Shown in pieces: positions 57,419-64,000 of a stretch of DNA of 64,000 nt. Source of the DNA: Alphaproteobacteria bacterium. Its GTDB lineage: Bacteria > Pseudomonadota > Alphaproteobacteria > MPNO01. Numbering within the stretch: the first letter of the stretch is position 1; every line of letters starts with the position of its first letter. The notes under the pieces were generated by a model, which was not told the DNA's origin, did no database searches, and worked only from the letters and a program-made list of their open reading frames with translations. The translations under genes and the position numbers were made by a program. The stretch lies in assembly GCA_964291675.2 (NCBI GenBank), contig OZ219865.1, positions 448,001 to 512,000 on the forward strand, read 5' to 3'.

Positions 57419-58291
57419 ATGACCTCGTCCGTGGCATTCCTGGGGCTTGGCGTGATGGGCTTTCCGATGGCCGGGCATCTCGCGGCCAAGGGCCACGCCG
57501 TGACGGTCTACAACCGGACCGGCGCGAAGGCGGCCGACTGGCTGGACCGGCACGCGGGGAGAAGCGCCGGAACCCCGGCGGAGGCGGCGCGGGGCGCCGA
57601 TTTCGTGTTCGCCTGCGTCGGCAACGACGACGATTTGCGCTCGGTGGTGTTCGGCCCCGACGGCGCGCTTGCCGGCATGTCCGAAGGCGCGGTGCTGGTC
57701 GACCACACCACGACATCGGCGGTCGTCGCCCGCGAGGTCGCCGCGGCGGCGGCGGAATCGGGCATCGGGTTTCTCGACGCGCCGGTCTCCGGCGGGCAGG
57801 CCGGGGCGGAGAACGGCGTGCTCACCGTCATGGTCGGCGGCGACGACGCGACCTTCGCCCGCGCCGAGAAGGTGATGGGCGCCTACGGGCGGACCATCGT
57901 CCATATGGGTGCGGCCGGGAACGGCCAGCTCACCAAGATGGTCAACCAGATCTGCATCGCCGGCATCGTCCAGGGGCTGTCGGAGGGGCTCAACTTCGCG
58001 GTCCGGGCCGGGCTGGATGCGGAGCGTGCGGTCGAAGTCATCTCGGGCGGCGCCGCGCAGTCCTGGCAGATGGAGAACCGCGCCGCGACCATGCTGGCCG
58101 GCAAGTACGATTACGGCTTCGCGGTCGACTGGATGCGCAAGGACCTCGGCATCGCCATGGAGGAGGGGGACCGCAACGGCGCCCGCCTGCCGCTCACCGC
58201 GCTGGTCGACCAGTTCTACAAGCACGTCCAGGCGCGCGGCGGCAAGCGCTACGACACCTCCAGCCTGATGCTGCTGCTCACCGAAGATTGA
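57419..58291 (+). CDS. NAD(P)-dependent beta-hydroxyacid dehydrogenase (3-hydroxyisobutyrate dehydrogenase family)
   Basis: GLGVMGFPMA, DAPVSGG, KMVNQ. Confidence 0.92.
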   Translation: MTSSVAFLGLGVMGFPMAGHLAAKGHAVTVYNRTGAKAADWLDRHAGRSAGTPAEAARGADFVFACVGNDDDLRSVVFGPDGALAGMSEGAVLVDHTTTSAVVAREVAAAAAESGIGFLDAPVSGGQAGAENGVLTVMVGGDDATFARAEKVMGAYGRTIVHMGAAGNGQLTKMVNQICIAGIVQGLSEGLNFAVRAGLDAERAVEVISGGAAQSWQMENRAATMLAGKYDYGFAVDWMRKDLGIAMEEGDRNGARLPLTALVDQFYKHVQARGGKRYDTSSLMLLLTED

Positions 58292-58327
58292 ACTCGCTGA
58301 CCTTCGAATCCCGGCTACCTTGTGGTC

Positions 58328-58741
58328 ATGGAGGACAAGCCGGAACACAGGGTCGAACACCTGAAAATGGTCCAGGCCGTGATCGCGCGTCTGTCCAACC
58401 TCGGCGCGCGGGTCAAGACGTGGACCATCACGCTTGTCGGAGCGGTGTTCGTCTACGCTGCGGCGACGGGCACACAAGATATAGTGATAGTCGCGGCCGG
58501 ACTTGTCCTCGTCGTGCTGCTTGGGCTGCTGGATGCCAGGTATTTGTTCGTCGAAACGTGTTACAGGGAGCTCCACAAGGCGATCGCCTCCGGGAAGCCC
58601 GTCAAGCCTTTCGATATGGATTATCGTCCCTACGTGCGTTCGGCCCGTAGCATCGGGTGGGTCGCCCAGTCTCGGACCGTTCTCGGCTTCTATGTACCGG
58701 TCTTTGCTATGGTCGTCATCTTGGGGACGCTCGAAGTCTAG
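58328..58741 (+). CDS. Small 3-TM membrane protein (HLxMxQxxIxR...KxW family)
   Basis: EHLKMVQAVIARLSNLGARVKTWTITL, LDARYL..E..YRELH, final TM; less GC-biased codons than flanking genes. Confidence 0.7.
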   Translation: MEDKPEHRVEHLKMVQAVIARLSNLGARVKTWTITLVGAVFVYAAATGTQDIVIVAAGLVLVVLLGLLDARYLFVETCYRELHKAIASGKPVKPFDMDYRPYVRSARSIGWVAQSRTVLGFYVPVFAMVVILGTLEV

Positions 58742-59550
58742 GAGTCTGGGTCTTTCGACCCCGGGCGGGCTTCGCGCTCCCGCCGCTTTGCGGCCTCCCA
58801 GAGCGCGTCCATCTCCTCCAGCGTCGAGTCCTCGGGCGCCTTGCCGGCTTTCGCAAGACCGTCCTCTACGGCATTGAAACGGCGGACGAACTTGTCGTTG
58901 CAGTCGCGCAGCGCCTGTTCCGGGTCGATGCCGAGGCGGCGGGCGACGTTGACGCAGGCGAACAACAGGTCGCCGACCTCTTCGGCCTGCGCGGCGCCGT
59001 CGCCGCCGTCCTCGATGGCCTCCTTGAGCTCGCCGAGCTCCTCGTCGACCTTGGCGAGCGTCGCCGCCATGTCGGGCCAGTCGAAGCCGACCCGGGCCGC
59101 GCGCTCCTGGAGTTTTCGCGCGCGCAGGAGCGCGGGGAGGGCGAGGGCGACCCCGTCGAGTGCGGAGGCGCGCTCCGCCTTGGCCCGGCGCTCGCGCGCC
59201 TTGATCGCCTCCCAGCCGTCGCTCCCGTCCTTGGCGTCGCCGAAGACATGCGGATGGCGCCGGTACATCTTCCCGGTTATGCCGCGCGCCACGGAGTGGA
59301 AATCGAACGCGCCGGCCTCGCGCGCCATCTCGGCGTGGAACACGACCTGGAGCAGGAGGTCGCCGAGCTCTTCCTCCAGCGCCGCCAGATCGTTCCGCGC
59401 GATCGCGTCCGCCACCTCGTAGGCTTCCTCGATCGTATAGGGCGCGATCGTCGCAAAAGTCTGGACCGCGTCCCACGGACAGCCGCTCTCGCGGTCCCTG
59501 AGCCGCGTCATCAGGCGCAGCAGCGCCTCGATAGGGGGAACATCGTCCAT
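58738..59550 (-). CDS. mazG: Nucleoside triphosphate pyrophosphohydrolase MazG
   Basis: LRDRESGCPWD, EEAYEV, EELGDLLLQVVFH, RRHPHVF, second EEVGDLLF; start 59550 or 59571. Confidence 0.96.
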   Translation of the reverse strand: MDDVPPIEALLRLMTRLRDRESGCPWDAVQTFATIAPYTIEEAYEVADAIARNDLAALEEELGDLLLQVVFHAEMAREAGAFDFHSVARGITGKMYRRHPHVFGDAKDGSDGWEAIKARERRAKAERASALDGVALALPALLRARKLQERAARVGFDWPDMAATLAKVDEELGELKEAIEDGGDGAAQAEEVGDLLFACVNVARRLGIDPEQALRDCNDKFVRRFNAVEDGLAKAGKAPEDSTLEEMDALWEAAKRREREARPGSKDPDS

Positions 59551-59579
59551 CGGCCGCGCCCGCTCGATCATGCCCCGAC

Positions 59580-59607
59580 ATGTCGCATAATATATCTTAT
59601 GGAGACT
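59580..59607 (+). other. Probable XerCD dif site
   Basis: ATGTCGCATAA-TATATC-TTATGGAGACT: 11-6-11 layout with CGCATAA and TTATG cores like proteobacterial dif; intergenic; KOPS and gene orientation converge here. Confidence 0.8.
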
Positions 59608-59799
59608 CATGAACCACGCTGGCCAAATATGTCGATTGAGCGCGGGATGTCCACGCAGAATTCGACAGTTGCCAAAGAAGATGCGAACGGGCGGAGAAAT
59701 CGCCCTGACGAAGATTCGTATTTCGACGTTGCGGATCGAGTCGCGCCGCCTGTCAAGACCGGTAATTTCGCCGCCGGCGCGTACAAGACAGAGCAAGGG

Positions 59800-60200
59800 A
59801 CGCGTGAAGGCTGGGGTTCCGGTTGGGATCGCAGCGGCGGGTCCGTCCGCGTCCTCGGGCGGATCGGCAGTCCCGGGCAGGCGATGTTCGTCGCCCTCAC
59901 CCACCTTCTCGATGCCGACCATGCGAGTTGCAAGCGGCATTTTCACCGATTCCGGCAACGTCTCGCGCGGCGCGTGGAAACTGGACGACCAAGCGCGCCA
60001 CGCCTCGTTTCCATGTGGTGTCGTGGGGCCGCGGCGGGCTGCTGGCGGACAAGGAATGGCTGTCCCGGGCGTGGTACGAGCGCGTCGGCTCGGGCAACCC
60101 GAATTACCTGCTGCCCGGCACCGGGGTCGAAGCTGGGGCGTACTCGGCAAGCGGGGATTGGCGATTTTCAGGGTGCGCCGGGTGTGGCTGACGCGCGACG
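59800..60200 (+). pseudogene. Frameshifted rolling-circle HUH replication initiator (inovirus/IMEX-type Rep) remnant
   Basis: Collinear motifs split over three frames: FVALTH..CKRHFHRFRQRL (59887), WKLDDQAR (59975), PRFHVV (60003), WLSRAWYERVGSGNPNYLLPGTGVEA (60057-60134); boundaries approximate. Confidence 0.6.
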
Positions 60201-60406
60201 GCATGGACCTGGTGCTCGAAGGACTATCCGAATCGGATCGGCGGCTTATGCGGGTGCCGCCTGAGCGGTGGGTGTCGTGGCGCGCGAGGCGCTGGAAGCT
60301 CGTCCGGAATCCGGAGGGGCCGGTATCCGGACGATGGGATTCGAAATGTCGTTGCGTTTTCGCCGAGACTCGGGGAGCATCGCGGCGTTTGAAGTCATGG
60401 AGACTG

Positions 60407-60458
60407 GAATCTTAAGGATTGAGCGGGCTCGCCAGAGCCTGGTCAATCCTTAAGATTC
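60407..60458. repeat. AT-rich 52-nt near-perfect hairpin
   Basis: GAATCTTAAGGATTGA (60407-60422) / TCAATCCTTAAGATTC (60443-60458), inner CGGGCTC-gcca-GAGCCTG. Confidence 0.9.
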
Positions 60459-60532
60459 TCGGACTTGTACGGAAGTGGCGGATTCGGCCTCGAAATGCCG
60501 CCAGGTCCTGCCGGGAGATTGAAGGAAAGCCC

Positions 60533-60745
60533 ATGGCAACCGAGTTCGACACGCTGGAAGCAGCGAAGGACCTTGAGAAGGCGGGGTTCGAGCGGGACCA
60601 GGCGGAAGCGCTGGCGAACGCGATGCGCCGGTCGGGAAGGGCCAGGATCGGGCATTTGGCGAGCAAGGCCGATCTTTACCAGGTGGCGATCGGCATCGTG
60701 GTCGCCAACGTGGGGCTGACAACGGCCTTGGTGAAGCTCCTGTAG
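60533..60745 (+). CDS. Small DUF1640/CCDC90-like membrane-anchored protein
   Basis: FDTLEAAKDLEKAGFERDQAEAL..LASKADL plus C-terminal TM; RBS-like GAAGGA upstream. Confidence 0.75.
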   Translation: MATEFDTLEAAKDLEKAGFERDQAEALANAMRRSGRARIGHLASKADLYQVAIGIVVANVGLTTALVKLL

Positions 60746-60815
60746 GGGTGAGGTGTCATTTCGCCTTCGAGGGCCCCGGTTCGAGTTTCTTCGTCCGAAT
60801 TTTCAGCGGGAGCAA

Positions 60816-60862
60816 CGGCGTCGGCCCGGCCATGCCTTGAGAGTCGGGCCGGGCCGACGCCG
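60816..60862. terminator. GC-rich 16-bp inverted repeat between convergent genes (possible bidirectional terminator)
   Basis: CGGCGTCGGCCCGGCC (60816-60831) / GGCCGGGCCGACGCCG (60847-60862); no clear U-tract. Confidence 0.55.
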
Positions 60863-60915
60863 GGCTTGTCATCAGTGAACATATTGTATTCTCAATGAGT
60901 TATCGCCAAACGATC

Positions 60916-61686
60916 CTATGGCGTTTCAAGCCGCATGCCGTCATAGGCCGGCTCCACGTCGTCCGGCGTTGCCGCCTGCATCGCCGCGTAATCCGCGTGG
61001 TGGTTCATATGGGTCAGGATCGCGCGGCGCGGCGCGACGCGGTCGAGCCAGGCGCGGGTGACCGGCCAGTGCGCGTGCGTCGGGTGCGCGCGTTCCAGCC
61101 GCAGGCAGTCGACGATCCAGGTGTCGACGCCGGCGAGGCGGTCGAAGCTCGCCTCCGGGATACGCACCACGTCGGTCGAATAGGCCAGGCCGGCGAAGCG
61201 AAAGCCGGTCGAGGCGCAGATGCCGTGGTCCTGGTCGAACGGCACCACCGGACGGCCCTCGACCTCGAACGGCCCGTCGACGACATGGCGGCGCAGGAAC
61301 GGCGGATAGTTGCGCGCGGGACCGCTCGCGCCGTGGAAGAGATAGGGAAACCGGCTCACGATCTCGTCGAGCACCGCGGGCTCGGCATAGACCGCGATAT
61401 CGCGGCCCATCTCGCGGGCGATGCCGCGCAGGTCGTCGATGCCGTGCACGTGGTCCGCGTGGGCGTGGGTGAACAGCACGGCATCGACCCGGTCGATCCC
61501 GGCGTCGATCGCCTGGTCGCGAAGATCCGGCGCGGTGTCGACCAGGATGTTGACGCCGTCCCATTCGACGAAGATGGATGGCCGGCGGCGCCTGTTGCGC
61601 GGGTCGTTCGGGTCGCAATCGCCCCATCTTCCGCCGATCATCGGCACGCCCTGGGAGCTGCCGCAGCCGAGAACGGTAACCTTCAT
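60916..61686 (-). CDS. MBL-fold metallohydrolase (PhnP-like)
   Basis: LGCGSSQGVP, THAHADHVHG, YSTD, LTHM. Confidence 0.93.
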   Translation of the reverse strand: MKVTVLGCGSSQGVPMIGGRWGDCDPNDPRNRRRRPSIFVEWDGVNILVDTAPDLRDQAIDAGIDRVDAVLFTHAHADHVHGIDDLRGIAREMGRDIAVYAEPAVLDEIVSRFPYLFHGASGPARNYPPFLRRHVVDGPFEVEGRPVVPFDQDHGICASTGFRFAGLAYSTDVVRIPEASFDRLAGVDTWIVDCLRLERAHPTHAHWPVTRAWLDRVAPRRAILTHMNHHADYAAMQAATPDDVEPAYDGMRLETP

Positions 61687-62471
61687 CGGCCGGCGCGGGC
61701 GGCGGATTTCCTGAACAATCGGAAGAAGTTGTCCGTTGTTTGTTGAGCTATCGCCTCAGGATCGACGCCCTTCACGGCGGCGATCGCCGCGGCGGTGTGG
61801 GCGACGAAGGCGGGCTCGTTGCGCTTGCCCCGCCTGGGCACCGGCGCCAGATAGGGCGCGTCGGTCTCGACCAGGATGCGCTCCAGCGGAACCCGGGCCG
61901 CGATCCCGCGCAGCTCGTCCGACTTCCTGAAGGTCACGATGCCGGAAAACGAGATGTAGAGCCCGAGACCGACCGCCGCCTCGGCGAGCGCGGGGCCGGC
62001 GCTAAAACAGTGGATCACCCCGGTATAGGACCCCTGCCCCATCTCCTCGCGCAAGATCGCCGCGGTCTCGTCGTCCGCGTCGCGGGTATGGACGATCAGC
62101 GGCAGCCCGGTCTCGCGCGCCGCCGCGATGTGGTTGCGGAAGCTCGCCCGCTGGGCTTCGCGCGGGCTGTGGTCGTAGTAATAGTCGAGACCGGTCTCGC
62201 CGATGCCGACGACTTCGGGCCCGGCGGCGAGCGCCGCCAGGCGCGCGGGCTCGGCGATCCCCTCTTCGGCGACATTGTGCGGGTGCACCCCCACCGAGCA
62301 GTCGACCGCATCGTGGTCGCGCGCCAGCGCCCGCACCCGCTCGAAGGCGGTCAGCCTTGTGCAGATCGTCACCACCCGGCCGACGCCGGCGGCGGCGGCG
62401 CGCTCCAGCGTCTGGGCGCGGTCCTCGTCGAAGGCGTCGAAATCGAGATGGCAGTGGCTGTCGACCAGCAT
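61683..62471 (-). CDS. tatD: TatD-family hydrolase
   Basis: DSHCHL, GVHPH, GETGLDY, HCFS, ETDAPYL. Confidence 0.96.
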   Translation of the reverse strand: MLVDSHCHLDFDAFDEDRAQTLERAAAAGVGRVVTICTRLTAFERVRALARDHDAVDCSVGVHPHNVAEEGIAEPARLAALAAGPEVVGIGETGLDYYYDHSPREAQRASFRNHIAAARETGLPLIVHTRDADDETAAILREEMGQGSYTGVIHCFSAGPALAEAAVGLGLYISFSGIVTFRKSDELRGIAARVPLERILVETDAPYLAPVPRRGKRNEPAFVAHTAAAIAAVKGVDPEAIAQQTTDNFFRLFRKSAARAGR

Positions 62472-64000
62472 CAGGCCGCCCCTTCCGCTTCCTCATGGAG
62501 CCTCGGAAATACCGGGCTCGGCCTGGGCAGCGCGGTGCCGGGCGGCACAGAATCGGCGCGGCCGAGATTGGCGAATGCCCGCCGCTCGCCATCCACGCCG
62601 ATCTGGTCGAGCATGCGCCCGGCCGATTCGGGCATGAAGGGCTGCAGCAGGATGGCGATCCGGCGGATGGTCTGGATCAGGGTGGCGAGGATCGCGCCGG
62701 TGCGAAGCCTGTCCTCCTTGATCCGCGCCCACGGCGCCTCGCGGTCGACATAGGCGTTGGCCTGGCGGATCACCGCCCAGACCGCGTCCAGCGCCTCGTG
62801 GAACGCCTGCTCGCGCATGCGGTCGCGGCAGGTCTCCAAGAGCCCCTCCGCCGCGTCCAGGAGCTCGCGGTCGGAGTCCCGGTGGCCCGCCGAGTGCTCC
62901 GGTATCGTGCCGTCGAAATAGCGGTGCAGCATCGAGACCACGCGCTGCACCAGATTGCCGAGATCGTTGGCGAGGTCGCCGTTGATGCGGTTCACCATCG
63001 CGCGGTGCGAGAAATCCCCGTCATTGCCGAACGGCACCTCGCGCAGCAGGAAGTAGCGCACCTGGTCGAGCCCGTAGCGCTCGACGACCTCCAGCGGGTC
63101 GATGATGTTGCCGATCGATTTGGAGATTTTCTGGCCCTCGTTGGTCCACCAGCCATGGGCGAAGACCCGCTTCGGCGGGGCGATGCCGGCGCCCATCAGA
63201 AAGGCCGGCCAGTAGACCGCGTGAAAGCGCAGGATGTCCTTGCCCACCATGTGAAGATCGCATGGCCAATAATCTGAAAAGGCTTGCGATTCGGTGTCCG
63301 GGTAATCGACCGCGGTGGCATAGTTGGTGAGCGCGTCGAGCCACACATACATGATGTGTCCGGGGTCGTCCGGCACCGGCACGCCCCAGTTGAAGCTGGT
63401 GCGCGAGATCGACAGGTCCTTGAGCCCGCCCTTGACGAAGCTCACCACCTCGTTGCGCCGCGAGGGCGGCGCGATGAAGTCGGGGTTGGCGTCGTAGAAG
63501 GCGAGCAGCCGGTCCTGCCATTTGGAGAGATCGAAGAAATAGCTCGGCTCCTCGACCCATTCGACCTCGGCCCCCGACGGCGCCCGCTTGACCCCGTCGG
63601 CGTCGTCGGCGAGCTCGCTCTCGTCGTAAAACGCCTCGTCGCGCACCGCGTACCAGCCGGAGTAGAGGCCGAGATAGATATGGCCGTTGTCCATCAGGGC
63701 CTGCCAGATCGCCTGCGAGGCGCGGGCGTGGCGCGGCTCGGTGGTGCGGATGAAGGCGTCGTTGGAAAAATTCATCGCGCTCGCGAGGTCGCGGAAATTC
63801 TCCGACACCCGGTCGGTGAAGGATTGCGGGTCCAGCCCCGCGGCCTGCGCCGATTTCTCGACCTTCTGTCCGTGCTCGTCGGTTCCCGTCAGGAAGAACA
63901 CGTCATAGCCGTCGAGCCGCATGAAACGCGCCAGCGCGTCGCAGGCCAGCGTGGTGTAGGCGTGGCCGATATGCGGCGCGTCGTTGACGTAGTAGATCGG
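62471..64000 (-). CDS. metG: Methionine--tRNA ligase (5' end beyond window)
   Basis: PIYYVNDAPHIGHAY at window edge, TGTDEHG, YVWLDAL, KISKS. Confidence 0.97.
   Translation of the reverse strand, partial: PIYYVNDAPHIGHAYTTLACDALARFMRLDGYDVFFLTGTDEHGQKVEKSAQAAGLDPQSFTDRVSENFRDLASAMNFSNDAFIRTTEPRHARASQAIWQALMDNGHIYLGLYSGWYAVRDEAFYDESELADDADGVKRAPSGAEVEWVEEPSYFFDLSKWQDRLLAFYDANPDFIAPPSRRNEVVSFVKGGLKDLSISRTSFNWGVPVPDDPGHIMYVWLDALTNYATAVDYPDTESQAFSDYWPCDLHMVGKDILRFHAVYWPAFLMGAGIAPPKRVFAHGWWTNEGQKISKSIGNIIDPLEVVERYGLDQVRYFLLREVPFGNDGDFSHRAMVNRINGDLANDLGNLVQRVVSMLHRYFDGTIPEHSAGHRDSDRELLDAAEGLLETCRDRMREQAFHEALDAVWAVIRQANAYVDREAPWARIKEDRLRTGAILATLIQTIRRIAILLQPFMPESAGRMLDQIGVDGERRAFANLGRADSVPPGTALPRPSPVFPRLHEEAEGAA

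Noticed and set aside
58738-60204. 488-aa extended mazG ORF in the ORF track
   Set aside because: MazG homology starts near 59550-59571. The upstream extension crosses the dif site and the relic and looks like chance open frame.
59690-60240. Reading the dif-adjacent relic as a group II intron RT (KRGLAI..MDLVLE) or an IS1595 transposase (PDEDS, SCKRHF)
   Set aside because: Only short scattered resemblances, with no YADD or DDE motif and no terminal repeats. The HUH Rep interpretation explains more collinear blocks.
60770-60795. GGTTCGAG resembling a tRNA T-loop or att fragment
   Set aside because: No T-stem pairing, acceptor stem or CCA.

Overview
GC-rich alphaproteobacterial (Rhodospirillales-like) chromosome segment, almost all core genes. 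In order: dnaE; rpsB-tsf-pyrH-frr-uppS-cdsA-dxr-rseP-bamA-skp-lpxD-fabZ-lpxA-lpxI-lpxB-gloA; gltA/gltX; comEC; lexA-moeA-moaC-trpC-trpD-ppiD; tpiA-secG-pyrG-kdsA-eno-ftsB; pdhABC-lpdA-lipA; ispDF-pgpA-cinA; dusB-ntrYX-trkA-hfq-hflX; groESL; mazG; tatD; metG (partial). Two things stand out. (1) In the dusB operon ntrB is absent and NtrC is reduced to a 200-aa pseudo-receiver plus Fis-type HTH with no AAA+ domain, giving a dusB-(Fis-like) arrangement that parallels the proposed origin of gammaproteobacterial Fis. (2) A likely XerCD dif site lies at 59580-59607, supported by KOPS polarity and gene orientation. Next to it are a frameshifted rolling-circle HUH Rep relic, a second XerD-like arm, two 16-bp inverted repeats and a small DUF1640-like gene, suggesting a decayed Xer-exploiting element or filamentous prophage. 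An orphan defence-effector-like membrane protein and a DUF429 nuclease-like gene are also present. I saw no rRNA, tRNA or CRISPR array. All family calls are by motif recognition; no searches were run.
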